NCBI GenBank assembly: GCA_050179015.1
Contig: JBFXFN010000004.1
Coordinates: 1,800 to 65,799, forward strand
Length of the DNA: 64,000 bases
Reading direction: 5' to 3'
Source of the DNA: Candidatus Methylacidiphilaceae bacterium
Lineage (GTDB): Bacteria > Verrucomicrobiota > Verrucomicrobiia > Methylacidiphilales > Methylacidiphilaceae
The notes under the pieces were generated by a model, which was given only the letters and a program-made list of their open reading frames with translations, did not search any database and was not told where the DNA came from. Shown one piece after another: positions 9,395-19,608 of this stretch (the first letter of the stretch is position 1; each line of letters begins with the position of its first letter). The position numbers and the translations under genes were made by a program.

Positions 9395-11560
9395 TCATTG
9401 GTCTTTTTTAGCTGCCAGGGAACTGCCCGGCTTTTGCAGTAGGGTAACGTAATCGTCCAATATGTTCAGAGTTTCCTCCAGAGTGAAATCGTTGCCTACC
9501 TGGGGAGTGCCCTCTTCCCAACCTTTTTCTTCAATCTCTCGGACGGTTGACGCATCTCCAGACCCATCCGCAGGAGTACTCTTCGCTGTAGACCGCGGCA
9601 GAAGCTTTAATGGTTTCCGGCTCCGTGCAGAATCGATATCTAGATAGTATACGTTCTCGTTCAGCGGAGGACGATGCGCTCGCTTTGCATCCAACGCCGT
9701 CTTGTTCGCTTCCGCATCTTGCTTTTCTTTAAGCCGGATTGACTGATTGAGGGAAACCGTCTTGTCCTCGTTTTTGCGCTTGATGAGATCGATTTGCGTC
9801 AGAACGTAGGCAAAGTCTGGATTGGACGCCACTCGCTCGGAAGAACGTTTCTGCAAGACAGGAAGAAAGGCCTGGTCCCCACTCGCTTTTTGATAGTAGG
9901 CGGGCGGAATAGCGTCCGCCGGGAGAGCATGGGGGAGAGATGCTTCTCCGAGCTCGAGGTAGTCGTCGATCGATGGGAGCACGATATCGGAAGCGACCCC
10001 TCGTTGTTGAGTGCTCAGCCCTGTCACCCGGTAGAACTTTTGAACCGTAACCTTCAGTTTGCCTGGATCTGCGCGGAAATCCCAAGGCACGTAATCGGAG
10101 AGGGGGAGTAGAGTCTGCACCGTGCCCTTGCCGTGAGTCGCCTGATCGCCGATGATCACGGCGCGCCCGTAATCTTGGAGCGCGGCGGCGACGATCTCGG
10201 ATGCCGAGGCGCTAAACCGGCTGACCAAGACGATCAGCGGACCCGTATAAGAGAGATGATTTGCGGGGATGCGGAAGGACTGGGTTCGCCCGTGATAATC
10301 CTTGACTTGTACGATGGGTCCATCTCGAAGAAAGAGGCCGGCTAGGTTGATCGCTTCTTCTAACATTCCGCCGCCATTGCGGCGCAGGTCAAGCACCACG
10401 CCCGAGACGCGCTCCTTTTCGAGGCGTTTCAACAGCAGCGCGACATCCTCGCTGCATTTCTCGTAGAAGCCGGGAAGCTGGACGACCCCGAAGCGCTCCG
10501 CCCCATGTCCTTGTGCTTGAGGCCTCTCGTAGACGAACGCCTTGGCGTGCTGCTCGGTGAGCTTGACCACGTCGCGAGTGAGCGTGATGGATCGCCTGAC
10601 CGATTCATCCGTGGCGTCTGCGGGAATCACCAGGAGTGTCACTTTGCTGCCCCTTTCGCCGCGAATCTGTTCGACGACTTTGTTTAGCTTCATGTCGACC
10701 ACATCCACAGGCTCGCCGTGTTCCTGTTGGACAGCCACGATCCGATCGTTGGGCTTCAGCCGCTTGTCGAGATCGGCAGGGGCACCCGGAACCAAGCTGA
10801 CGATCTTTGGATAGCCGTCTTCGGATTTTAAGACGGCTCCAATTCCGGTCAAAGAGAGCTTGATGCTATTGATTTCGAAGTTCTCCGCTTCGCTTGGAGA
10901 TTGGTAATCCGAGTGCGGGTCATAGGCATGCGCAAGGGCGTTCAGGTAATAATCGAGGATCTCCTCCGTGTCTGCCTCGCGCATCTCCTTGAGAAAACGG
11001 CTGTAGCGCCGGGCAATGGTCTTCCGCGTCAGCGCCGGGCTCTCTTTTGCAAGCAATCCCTGGAGAAGCTCATATTTGACCCGCTTTCTCCATAACTCGC
11101 GCGCCTCGGCTTCATCCTTCGGCCAAGGCAGCTTGCTCCGATCCGGCCGGTAGGCCTCATCTTTGGAGAAGTCATGGGGTTCCGAGAGTAGAGTCTCGAT
11201 CCCGCGCTCCTGTTCCGCTGCCCGCGTAAGAAAGCGGTTGTAAATATCCAGAGCGGGCGAGATGTCCTCTCGCCGGGTGTAGTCTCCGAGGCTGGTTCCG
11301 TATTTCTTCTCGAACTCGTCGATGTCCGACTGGAGGAAAATGGTATGATTGAAATCGAGCGCATCCAGATAGTTGTGCAGAAAGGTCTGGGAGATCTGTT
11401 CGTCGAAGGGTCTTTGCGAAAAATGGGCTTGTTGCAGAAAGACCGCCACAAGCTTGGCGATCTTCCCACCCTGCGTCTGATCCAGGCTCGCGCGCAACTC
11501 CGCCGGAGCGAGCAGCAAGAGCAGTGCGCAAAAGAGGAAAGGACGCAACAGGCGGCTCAT
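9395..11560 (-). CDS. prc: carboxy-terminal processing (tail-specific) protease, S41 family
   Basis: From Met56 of ORF 9395..11725 there is a signal peptide ([24 protein letters not shown]). A PDZ region is present, along with the S41 catalytic blocks [13 protein letters not shown] and THGKGTVQ. The ATG overlaps the serS stop (ATGA). Confidence 0.88.
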   Translation of the reverse strand: MSRLLRPFLFCALLLLLAPAELRASLDQTQGGKIAKLVAVFLQQAHFSQRPFDEQISQTFLHNYLDALDFNHTIFLQSDIDEFEKKYGTSLGDYTRREDISPALDIYNRFLTRAAEQERGIETLLSEPHDFSKDEAYRPDRSKLPWPKDEAEARELWRKRVKYELLQGLLAKESPALTRKTIARRYSRFLKEMREADTEEILDYYLNALAHAYDPHSDYQSPSEAENFEINSIKLSLTGIGAVLKSEDGYPKIVSLVPGAPADLDKRLKPNDRIVAVQQEHGEPVDVVDMKLNKVVEQIRGERGSKVTLLVIPADATDESVRRSITLTRDVVKLTEQHAKAFVYERPQAQGHGAERFGVVQLPGFYEKCSEDVALLLKRLEKERVSGVVLDLRRNGGGMLEEAINLAGLFLRDGPIVQVKDYHGRTQSFRIPANHLSYTGPLIVLVSRFSASASEIVAAALQDYGRAVIIGDQATHGKGTVQTLLPLSDYVPWDFRADPGKLKVTVQKFYRVTGLSTQQRGVASDIVLPSIDDYLELGEASLPHALPADAIPPAYYQKASGDQAFLPVLQKRSSERVASNPDFAYVLTQIDLIKRKNEDKTVSLNQSIRLKEKQDAEANKTALDAKRAHRPPLNENVYYLDIDSARSRKPLKLLPRSTAKSTPADGSGDASTVREIEEKGWEEGTPQVGNDFTLEETLNILDDYVTLLQKPGSSLAAKKDQ

Positions 11561-12828
11561 AGAAAGTCGTTTCCATAATAAGCGCGAAACGCCTCCGGGA
11601 GCAACACCCGTCCATCTTCCTCCTGGTGATTTTCGAGAAGAGCCGCCACGATGCGGGGGAGAGCTGTCCCGGACCCATTGAGGCTGTGGCAATAGCGCGC
11701 CTTGCCCGCAGTATCTGGCTTGCAACGGAGATTCATTCGGCGAGCTTGAAAGTCCTCGAGGTTGCTACAGGAGGAGACCTCGAGCCAGGCTCCCACGCCG
11801 GGAGCCCAAACTTCCACGTCGTAGCATTTCGCGGCGCCAAACCCCATGTCGCCGGTGCAGAGGAGGATGATGCGATAGGGCAACTCGAGAAGCTGGAGGA
11901 CCTTTTCCGCGTGGCGGACAATTTCTTCCAAAGCCTCGTAGGAGCGCTCAGGCTTGGTAATCTGAACGAGCTCCACCTTTTCGAATTGATGAATCCGCAG
12001 GAGTCCCCGGGTGTCCTTCCCCGCGCTCCCCGCTTCTCTTCGGAAGCAAGGGCTGTAGGCGGCATACCGAATAGGAAGCGTGGATTCCCGAAGGATTTCC
12101 TCACGATGTAGATTGGCAAGCGCAAGCTCGGCGGTTGGTAGGAGGTAGAGATCGTCGGAAGGGACGTGATACATCTCCTCGGCAAATTTTGGCAGATGGC
12201 CGCTGCCGACGGCGACTTCGCCTCGAACGAGGAACGGCGGCCAAATCTCGGTGTAGCCGTGTTCCCGGACGTGCAGATCGAGCATGAAACGGATGAGGGC
12301 TCGCTGCAAGCGCGCTCCGTCTCCGCGGAAGAGCGCAAATCCGCTGCCGGCCAGTTTGACGGCGGCGGCAAAATCAAACAGGCCTCTCTTTTCGCCGATT
12401 TCCCAATGAGGTTTGGGTGAAAAAAGGAAGGTGCGAGGGGTGCCCCACGTGCGAACCGTCTGATTCGCCTCGCCCATGGTTCCGATTGGAACGGTAGGAT
12501 GCGGGAGATTGGGTAGGAGAAGAAGGAGAGCCTTCACCTCCGCTTCCAACTGCTGCCGCTTGGATTCCAACTCCTGAATGGCTTCTCCCACCGTCCTCAT
12601 TTCCCTTAGAAGATCTTCCGGGAGCTTCTCTTTGCCTCGACGGAATCCAATTTCCCGGCTCACCAGGTTGCGTCTGGCTCGGAGTTCTTCGACGGCGTGG
12701 ATGATTGCGCGGAGATCCTCGTCGCGATGGAGAAGTCTGTCGACCAGTTCTTCGTCTCCGGCCCCCCGGGTCTTCAGGCGCTCTCGGGCCTCCTGCGGAT
12801 GTTGACGGAGCCAGTGAATGTCGAGCAT
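11557..12828 (-). CDS. serS: seryl-tRNA synthetase
   Basis: The 423-aa product has an N-terminal coiled-coil arm (MLDIHWLRQHPQEARERLKTRG...) and class II aaRS motifs (FRREAGSAGKDTRGLLRIHQFEKVE). Confidence 0.94.
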   Translation of the reverse strand: MLDIHWLRQHPQEARERLKTRGAGDEELVDRLLHRDEDLRAIIHAVEELRARRNLVSREIGFRRGKEKLPEDLLREMRTVGEAIQELESKRQQLEAEVKALLLLLPNLPHPTVPIGTMGEANQTVRTWGTPRTFLFSPKPHWEIGEKRGLFDFAAAVKLAGSGFALFRGDGARLQRALIRFMLDLHVREHGYTEIWPPFLVRGEVAVGSGHLPKFAEEMYHVPSDDLYLLPTAELALANLHREEILRESTLPIRYAAYSPCFRREAGSAGKDTRGLLRIHQFEKVELVQITKPERSYEALEEIVRHAEKVLQLLELPYRIILLCTGDMGFGAAKCYDVEVWAPGVGAWLEVSSCSNLEDFQARRMNLRCKPDTAGKARYCHSLNGSGTALPRIVAALLENHQEEDGRVLLPEAFRAYYGNDFL

Positions 12829-12846
12829 GAAGCCTTCCGAATCGGG

Positions 12847-14418
12847 TTAGGCCATCTCCTCGCCCGTGATCGCGTTGAGCAGGGTGAACTGTTCCGCGTC
12901 GAGGCGTGGATCCGGTCGGAAATAGAGCTTCCCCTGCAAGCGGCGCTCCAGGTCGAGCAGAAGCTCTTCGTCTTCGGTTTTCAATCTTTCAAGCGTCGAG
13001 GGGTGGACGAGGACCCGCAACTCCTTGATCTCGGGGTGGAGCCGCATGGCTCGGACGATGGCCCGCTGAATTTCGATGCTCATGGTCTCCGGAGATTTCA
13101 CCATGCCTCGTCCATGGCACGAGGGACAGGGGACGTAGAGGGAATGCCGGATGCTTTCTTGTACGCGCTGCCGGGTCATCTCTACGAGGCCGAAGTCGGA
13201 CATGGGCAGGATGTTGGTCTTCGCCTTGTCCCGCCGGACACACTCCTTGAGTCTCTGAACGACCGCTTCCCCTTCTCGGCGGAGCTTCATGTCGATGAAG
13301 TCGATCACAATCAGCCCGCCGATGTTGCGCAAGCGCAGCTGACGGGCGACTTCCCGGGCGGCCTCCATATTCGTCTGGAAAATGGCTCCGCCTTGCTCGC
13401 GCCCGCCGCGAGCCCGTCCGGTATTGACATCGATCGCAACGAGCGCTTCCGCCTCGTCGATCACAATGTAGCCTCCGCTTGGCAGCTCTACTTTCCGGCC
13501 GAAGGCGCTATCAATCTGCTTTTCGATGTCGAGTCGTTCGAAAAGCGGGGTAGGGTCTTTGTACGAGACGATCTTGCTTTGAGACCGAGAGGAGATGAGG
13601 CCGACCATCTCCCGTATGCGTTTAGCCTCTTCTTCGTCGTCAACGAGGATGCGCTCGACATCCTCGGTAAGAAAATCTCGCACCGTCCTTTGGACGAGGT
13701 CGAGCTCTTCATAGACGAGGCTTGGCGCGGGAAGAGAGCGGATCTTTTCATTGATCTCTTGCCACTGCTGAAGCAGGAAAGCGAGATCGCGAACAAAATA
13801 ACGCGCCCGCGCTCCCTCGCCCACCGTGCGAAAGATCAAGCCCATTCCTTCCGGTACCTCTAAAGAATCGAGAATGCCGCGGAGTCGAGCCCGTTCTTTC
13901 GGGTCCTCGATTTTCCGGGAGATCCCGAACTGCTCGCTGAACGGGCTCAACACAAGGTATCGGCCCGCTAGGCTGATGTTCGTTGTTACCCGGGCTCCCT
14001 TCGTACCGATAGGTCCCTTGGTCACCTGGACGACTACCTCGGAGCCAGCCGGGTAGATTTTTGGGATGTCCTCGGCTCGAGGAGCGCGCGACTTGCTCTT
14101 GCGCCTACGGCGCTGCACCGCTTCGAAGCTCGCGTCGAGCGCGGCCGGAATGGCGTCCCAATAGTGGAGGAAAGCGTTTTTCCCCACCCCAATGTCGACG
14201 AAGAGAGCCTTCAGGGCGGGCTCGGCATTGTTTACACGCCCCTTGTAGATATTGCCTGCAATCCCGCGTTGTTCGCGTCGTTCCAGCGCCAACTCCTCGA
14301 GTTGGCCGTCTTCCAAAAGAGCAACCCGATATTCGAGCGGTTCGCTGCTGATCGCGATCTCTTTTCTGTCCGCATTCGGCTTGAGACGGACCCAGCGCCG
14401 GATTCGATCGAAAAACAT
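12847..14418 (-). CDS. rng: ribonuclease G/E family endoribonuclease
   Basis: Starting from Met83 of ORF 12847..14664, the product reads MFFDRIRRW.... It has an S1 domain (GNIYKGRVNNAEPALKALFVDIG) and a catalytic core (IVIDFIDM). At 523 aa it fits RNase G. An AAGGAGA Shine-Dalgarno (SD) sequence sits about 7 nt upstream of this ATG. Confidence 0.88.
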   Translation of the reverse strand: MFFDRIRRWVRLKPNADRKEIAISSEPLEYRVALLEDGQLEELALERREQRGIAGNIYKGRVNNAEPALKALFVDIGVGKNAFLHYWDAIPAALDASFEAVQRRRRKSKSRAPRAEDIPKIYPAGSEVVVQVTKGPIGTKGARVTTNISLAGRYLVLSPFSEQFGISRKIEDPKERARLRGILDSLEVPEGMGLIFRTVGEGARARYFVRDLAFLLQQWQEINEKIRSLPAPSLVYEELDLVQRTVRDFLTEDVERILVDDEEEAKRIREMVGLISSRSQSKIVSYKDPTPLFERLDIEKQIDSAFGRKVELPSGGYIVIDEAEALVAIDVNTGRARGGREQGGAIFQTNMEAAREVARQLRLRNIGGLIVIDFIDMKLRREGEAVVQRLKECVRRDKAKTNILPMSDFGLVEMTRQRVQESIRHSLYVPCPSCHGRGMVKSPETMSIEIQRAIVRAMRLHPEIKELRVLVHPSTLERLKTEDEELLLDLERRLQGKLYFRPDPRLDAEQFTLLNAITGEEMA

Positions 14419-14614
14419 AAATGGTCTCCTTCTTTTTTTGCCCCTTCTTTTGCCCGGTACTGCAGGCGTCGTGCCTTTCGGGCCAGAGGCTTCCTTGGTG
14501 AGCTTTGTACGAGCGGTGGACCGGAGAGAGGCTCCGCCGGACACGGCCGATCTCCCCTCTTTCCCACCGCGGCGAGCCGGTGTGGGATGGCAACAAAAAC
14601 GCGGACGAATCCCG

Positions 14615-15781
14615 TCAGACACCGCGCAAATGGGTTTCTTCGGTTCTCCGATGGATCCATACACTTTCCACTAGACCCAATCCCGCCAGGCAACTGATGA
14701 GAAAGGTTCCTCCATAGCTGATGAAAGGCAAGGGGATGCCTGTAATGGGCACTACCTTGATGGTCATCCCGACGTTCACGAAAATGTGCGTAAAAAGAAT
14801 CGTGGCAATGCCGGTCGCCACGGCTCGCCCTGCGGGTTCCCGAGCTCCAAAGGCTATGCGGAGGCAGAGAAGGAGCAGGACGCACTCTGCGGCGATCACC
14901 GCCGCACCACCCAAAAATCCCCACTCCTCGCCAATGACCGAGAAGATGAAGTCGGTGTAAGAGATGTTCTTGGGAAGGAAGCCAAGCATGTTCTGGGTGC
15001 CCTTGAGATAGCCTTTACCGGACATGCCTCCGGAGCCGATCGCAATCAGCGATTGGTTGATCGTCCAGCCCGCGCCCAGCGGGTCGAGTGTGGGGTCGAA
15101 AAAGGTGCGAATCCGGTTCATCTGGTAAGGTTTGAGACCGGGGATGTCCCAACCAAGCTTGCCCACTCCCAAGTAGGCGTAGGCGAGAACCGCGAGCAGC
15201 CCGAGTACGCCGAGAAAGACATACCGCATCCTCAAGCCGCCGACGAAGAGGATCGCAAAGCAGAGGGGTAGGAAGACCCCGGCGGAACCTAACGCCGGCT
15301 GTTTTAGGACGAGGATCGTGGGGACGGCCATGGCCGCCACAAGGGGGGCTGCGAAAAGAATGCCCCGGCTCTTGGTTCGACCAAGCCACCATGCCCCAAA
15401 GAGAACGAAGCCTACCTTCGTCAGGTCGGCGGGCTCGATGCTGATCGGACCGATCCGTAGCCAGCTCTTGGCTCCGTTGACCGTCTGCCCTACGACAAGC
15501 ACTATGAAGAGCGCGGGGAGAGAGGCGAGAAAAAAGAGCCATCCCCACCTTACCCAGTTCCGGTAGTCGATGAATGCCAGGATAAAGAAGGCCGCCGTAC
15601 CGGTCAGCAGCCAAACGGTCTGCGAAAAAGCGGCATTGCGGAAGTCTTGGCTCTCGCTCGAGTAGGTCGCGCTGTAGACGACGATGATCCCAAAAGTCGA
15701 CAGGGCCAGTGCCACCACCAAGAGGGACCAATCAAAGCGCGCCACCTTTGTCAGAAAGCTAAGCCGCTCCTTTTCCTCCAT
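14615..15781 (-). CDS. rodA: SEDS family peptidoglycan polymerase RodA
   Basis: The 388-aa polytopic membrane protein has FtsW/RodA signature regions (LGAGWTINQSLIAIGSGGMSGKG, TDFIFSVIGEEWGF). It lies directly downstream of the PBP2 gene. Confidence 0.9.
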   Translation of the reverse strand: MEEKERLSFLTKVARFDWSLLVVALALSTFGIIVVYSATYSSESQDFRNAAFSQTVWLLTGTAAFFILAFIDYRNWVRWGWLFFLASLPALFIVLVVGQTVNGAKSWLRIGPISIEPADLTKVGFVLFGAWWLGRTKSRGILFAAPLVAAMAVPTILVLKQPALGSAGVFLPLCFAILFVGGLRMRYVFLGVLGLLAVLAYAYLGVGKLGWDIPGLKPYQMNRIRTFFDPTLDPLGAGWTINQSLIAIGSGGMSGKGYLKGTQNMLGFLPKNISYTDFIFSVIGEEWGFLGGAAVIAAECVLLLLCLRIAFGAREPAGRAVATGIATILFTHIFVNVGMTIKVVPITGIPLPFISYGGTFLISCLAGLGLVESVWIHRRTEETHLRGV

Positions 15782-15792
15782 GACTCTTCTTT

Positions 15793-17811
15793 CTAGCCTT
15801 CGTCCGAGGAAGAGCCGTCTTGCGCGTCTTCCTGTTCGCGCACCGGAACGGCCGGACGAACTGGTTGCGGGGTGTCGGCCTTGGGCTGAATTTCGGTCAG
15901 GCCATTGAAGTTGCCCCGGGCTGGCGGAAAATAGACGAGTTGGGGACCGGCACCACTTCGTTCCAGTTCCAAAAGCCCCTCCAGGATCTTGTGGACGATG
16001 GGACCTGCCGTTGCTCCTCCTCCAATGCCTCCTTCCACCATCACGCCGACGACGTACTTTGGACGCTCATACGGGGCGAAACCGATAAACCAAGCGCGAA
16101 CATCGTTGTAGAGCTTGCCGTTCCACCGCCGCTTCGCCTGAGCCGAACCGGTCTTGCCCGCGATGGCGATTCCGGGAATCGCCACGGAATGGCCGGTTCC
16201 GTTTTCGACGACGTCGAGCAAGCCCTTGCGAATTGCATTCAGATCTTCCGTCCGCATTCCGAGATTCGCGCGTGGTCGAGGGGGAATGGAAGCGAGCTGA
16301 TGGCCCTGAGAATCGGAGACGCCGACCACAAGCCGGGGATAGAGGACGGTGCCGCCGTTAGCAACCGCAGCCATCAGAAGAACCATTTGAAGAGGGGTGA
16401 CTTCAAGAAAACCCTGACCGATCGAGAAGTTAGCGGTGTGGGCGGTCGTCCACCGCTCGCTGGGGTGGTGGATCCTCATCCATTCCGGCCCCGGTAGAAG
16501 GCCCGAGGACTCTCCAAGATAGGGCAGCCCGGTCGGCTCTCCGAAGCCGCAGAGGGCGGCTGTCTCATCCAGGTGCTTGATTCCGGTGCGTATGCCGAGT
16601 TGATAAAAAAAGGTATTGCACGAGTACTGGAGTGCCTCGTCCAGGGTGATGTTCCCGCGCCCCGTCTTGGTCCAATCATGGAAAAGGTGGCCGCCGATGT
16701 CGATCGCGGCAGGCGAATAGATCTGGGTCTTGGGGGTGATGGCCCCGTATTTCAGGGCGGCTAGCGAGACCAGCACTTTGAACGTCGAGCCGGGAGAGTA
16801 GGCGGCGACACTTCGGTTGAGAAGGGGTCGCGTGGGATCGGATGTGAGTTTTTTCCAATCTTCTTGGCTGATTTTCGGAACGAATCCGTTGGGATCGAAG
16901 TCCGGTACTGAAGCCATGGCTAAGATGTCCCCGGTATTCGGATCCAGAACGATCGCCGCCCCGCGCCCCACCTCGCGGAGAGCCTCTTGGACAATGGCTT
17001 GCATGCGAGCATCGAGGGTTAAGTAGACGGAAGCTCCCAAGTTTGGGCTCCTGTAGCCCTCTTCGGCGACGATGTAGCCCCGATAGTTGACGCGCAGAAT
17101 TCTGCCTCCCGGCTTTCCTTGCAATTGCCCATCCATCAAACGCTCGACGCCGATACGGCCGATGGTTTCCAGGTCGTTGCCATCGGGCCCGATCCGTTCC
17201 TTGTCTCCCGGAGGTCCGACGTATCCGAGAACATGCGATGCGAAGGCTCCGAAGTTGTAGTGGCGCACCGGTCGGACGGCGACGTCGATCCCGGGGACGC
17301 CCAAATTCTGTTCGGCGAACCGGGCGACGGTTACGTAGCTGAGTTCTGACGCAAAGCGAAAGGGAACGTTCGGACTTGTGAAATAGTGGCGCTGGAGTTC
17401 TTTCGGATCGAGTTTCACCTCCAGGTGAAGAGCGTTGGCGATGGGAATCAGATCGGTCATGACCACCCGATAGATATCGGGCTCCTTCCGAAGCAGCGTG
17501 GCCCCGCCCATCCTGCGTTCCACCTGGATTCGGGGAACTCGACCCCGATGGCGCTTCGGATAGTCGCGCACCAGTTGATCCAGATAGAGATCGATTTCGT
17601 AGGTGGCTCGGTTTTCAGCAAGGGCGATGCCATTTCGATCGAGGATGGGACCACGGGCGCCGTCCAGACGAAGGGCGATCGTGGTCTGATTCCGCAAGCG
17701 ACTTGCATAAGTCTGCCCTTCAACGACTTGGATAACCCATAGACGGGCGATCAGCAGACCGAGGCAAGCCGTAATGCCCAGGGCGACGATGCCGACACGG
17801 AGTTTCGCCAT
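15793..17811 (-). CDS. mrdA: penicillin-binding protein 2 (elongasome transpeptidase)
   Basis: From Met130 of ORF 15793..18198 there is a membrane anchor (MAKLRVGIVALGITACLGLLIARLW). The product carries the SxxK (SPGSTFK), SxN (YSCNTF) and KTG (AGKTGSAQ) motifs. Confidence 0.9.
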   Translation of the reverse strand: MAKLRVGIVALGITACLGLLIARLWVIQVVEGQTYASRLRNQTTIALRLDGARGPILDRNGIALAENRATYEIDLYLDQLVRDYPKRHRGRVPRIQVERRMGGATLLRKEPDIYRVVMTDLIPIANALHLEVKLDPKELQRHYFTSPNVPFRFASELSYVTVARFAEQNLGVPGIDVAVRPVRHYNFGAFASHVLGYVGPPGDKERIGPDGNDLETIGRIGVERLMDGQLQGKPGGRILRVNYRGYIVAEEGYRSPNLGASVYLTLDARMQAIVQEALREVGRGAAIVLDPNTGDILAMASVPDFDPNGFVPKISQEDWKKLTSDPTRPLLNRSVAAYSPGSTFKVLVSLAALKYGAITPKTQIYSPAAIDIGGHLFHDWTKTGRGNITLDEALQYSCNTFFYQLGIRTGIKHLDETAALCGFGEPTGLPYLGESSGLLPGPEWMRIHHPSERWTTAHTANFSIGQGFLEVTPLQMVLLMAAVANGGTVLYPRLVVGVSDSQGHQLASIPPRPRANLGMRTEDLNAIRKGLLDVVENGTGHSVAIPGIAIAGKTGSAQAKRRWNGKLYNDVRAWFIGFAPYERPKYVVGVMVEGGIGGGATAGPIVHKILEGLLELERSGAGPQLVYFPPARGNFNGLTEIQPKADTPQPVRPAVPVREQEDAQDGSSSDEG

Positions 17812-17840
17812 GTACGGGGGTGGAGAAGAGGGCGCATCTC

Positions 17841-18455
17841 TCACAACAATTCGATCTCCAATAGATCGTCCTCCGTCCCGGCGGCTGTCCTGGGCAGGAG
17901 CAATTTCCAGCTCCAATCGAAAAGCCAGCCGATAGGGAGGCTGGCTGCTGCGCTCAGGAGCGATGCGATCAGGAAGCCTCTCCAAGCGGGCGCCACCCAA
18001 ACCCATTCGCGGTGCTCCAGAAGACGCACCGCGTGCGTCATCCCGAGAATCGTGAACGTTGCCAGGGCGGCGATTCCCGGAAGGAACCAGAGGCTTCGCA
18101 GGCAAAATCCCTGCCGTAGCAGGAAGACCAGAATGGAAGCCGCCGTAAAGGCAAGCAGGCACGGGCCGATATGGCCTGTCGAGAGCAGATCGCGCCAAAA
18201 GCCCGCCGCGGCGGCGAGACCGAAGGAAGGGATCAGCGGGAGCCGGAAGGCGGCATAGGCGATCAATAGGGCAGGCAAATCCGGACTAACGAGGGTCAGG
18301 GGCAGGCTTGGGAGAATCATCTGCAGCGGCACCGCAACGATGCAAAAAAACAGGCAGAAGAGAGCCGGTATCGCACAGATCCCCTTGCGCAAGAGATCCG
18401 TGCCGGACGAGCGCATCCTGACTCCGCCAGTTGCCATTGTCATCAAGCCGTTCAC
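17841..18455 (-). CDS. mreD: rod shape-determining protein MreD (start uncertain)
   Basis: The product is small and very hydrophobic, with multiple transmembrane (TM) segments, and the gene sits between mreC and mrdA. The call rests mainly on position and topology. An internal Met14 is an alternative start. Confidence 0.6.
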   Translation of the reverse strand: MNGLMTMATGGVRMRSSGTDLLRKGICAIPALFCLFFCIVAVPLQMILPSLPLTLVSPDLPALLIAYAAFRLPLIPSFGLAAAAGFWRDLLSTGHIGPCLLAFTAASILVFLLRQGFCLRSLWFLPGIAALATFTILGMTHAVRLLEHREWVWVAPAWRGFLIASLLSAAASLPIGWLFDWSWKLLLPRTAAGTEDDLLEIELL

Positions 18456-18664
18456 TCTTCCTTGTGTTTCACACTGCCGGAGGTAAGATGCGATCTGAAA
18501 GCTTTCCTAACGCCCGTTCTTGTCGCAGCCTTTGTAGACGAGGCTCACCGGGCAGGTGGTTAAAATGGAAACTCTGCGTTAGCCATCCGCATCGTTTCCT
18601 TTTTCTATAGCGCCTGTGGACATGGATAGCAATGGAAAGAGAGCTCGAGAGGGAGACCGCTGCC

Positions 18665-19558
18665 CTATCGGCCCGGCAAGACAACGAACATCTCCGATAG
18701 CTGCGTCAAATCGACTCCAGGTTCGATCGTAGCCTCCCGATAGAGCCCGAACGAGCGGGAGGCTTCCAGAGGCAATACTCGCGTGATGCTTCCTACATAG
18801 AGCCCGGTGGGAAAGACGCCGCCCAAGCCGCTCGTCAACACGCGTTCCCCCGTGGCGGCCTGGGCGTTTCTGGGCAAATAGATCATGCGCGCGTAGGGCT
18901 TGTTATCTGCCGATGTCCCAGCACCGACCACCAGCCCTTGGTCCTTTGAAACCTCGCCTATTGCGGAAATCTTACAGTTCTCGTTGGTGAGCAAAATAAT
19001 TTGACTAAGATTTCGGGCAACGATCCCCGTTTTGCCCACAACCCCTCGAGGAGTCACTACCGGAAGATCGGAAGAGAGCCGGCCGTCGTCGCCCCAACCC
19101 ACGTCCACGTAAATATTGCTCCACCAGTTGGAGGGATCGCGGCTGATCACCCGGCAGGAGAGCAAGCGAAACGAGGAGTTTTGCCGAAAAGAGAGCATTT
19201 CTCGCAGCCGGTCATTCTCCTCTTGCAAGTGGCTGAGATAGCTATTCTGCATCGCCAACTCGGCATTCCGGACCCGCAACTGCTTCAGCTCGGTCTGGAC
19301 TTGGGTCAGCGTCTTCGTGCCGAGTTCGAAGTCCTCCCAGAACTTCAAGGTATGACTCCAGACGGAAAGGAAGGGGGATGCCATTTCGAGCCCGAGCCTG
19401 TGCAACTCCGCTTCCCATCCGCGAGGAAGCGCGAGCCCGATCAACAGAAGGAAAAGGGATGCAGCCCCCAGGTAAAGAGGCACACGGCCCATTCCGCGCC
19501 GGGGCGCGACGGTCGAATTTCCGTGCGCGGGAAGAGGCGAATCTTCGTCAACCGGCAT
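18665..19558 (-). CDS. mreC: rod shape-determining protein MreC
   Basis: The 297-aa product has an N-terminal TM segment, a coiled coil (TQVQTELKQLRVRNAELAMQNSYLSHLQEENDRLREML), and beta-barrel repeats (VVTPRGVVGKTGIV..., VLTSGLGGVFPTGLYVGSI). Confidence 0.88.
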   Translation of the reverse strand: MPVDEDSPLPAHGNSTVAPRRGMGRVPLYLGAASLFLLLIGLALPRGWEAELHRLGLEMASPFLSVWSHTLKFWEDFELGTKTLTQVQTELKQLRVRNAELAMQNSYLSHLQEENDRLREMLSFRQNSSFRLLSCRVISRDPSNWWSNIYVDVGWGDDGRLSSDLPVVTPRGVVGKTGIVARNLSQIILLTNENCKISAIGEVSKDQGLVVGAGTSADNKPYARMIYLPRNAQAATGERVLTSGLGGVFPTGLYVGSITRVLPLEASRSFGLYREATIEPGVDLTQLSEMFVVLPGR

Positions 19559-19608
19559 GATGCGAGGATATTTCCGAGATCGCGGAACTCTTCGACAAGG
19601 ATCTTAGC

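Noticed and set aside
12697-13863. A 388-aa plus-strand ORF antisense to rng. Similar cases are 25562..26452 (antisense to trpS), 27314..28234 (antisense to degP), 31652..32695 and 32708..33568 (antisense to ligA), 45978..46496 (antisense to lysS) and 62249..63055 (antisense to ffh).
   Set aside because: Each lies fully inside a confidently identified gene on the other strand and shows Arg/Gly/Pro/Asp-rich shadow-frame composition. I treated them all as shadow ORFs.
17812-18198. Long N-terminal extensions of the track ORFs. Examples are PBP2 from 18198, leuA from 1173, prc from 11725, rng from 14664, ligA from 33607, dinB from 35034, the Sel1 protein from 41673 and the AKR from 47420.
   Set aside because: The extensions overlap the neighbouring upstream genes in another frame, are Arg/Gly/Pro-rich, and precede internal Met codons that reproduce the canonical family N-termini. 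Some of those internal starts also have SD sequences or ATGA coupling. I used the internal starts.
18469-18684. A 71-aa ORF filling the mreC-mreD gap.
   Set aside because: It is Arg/Ser/Leu-rich low-complexity sequence, overlaps the mreC 3' end, and has no SD sequence that I could see. The gap itself is reported as a finding instead.
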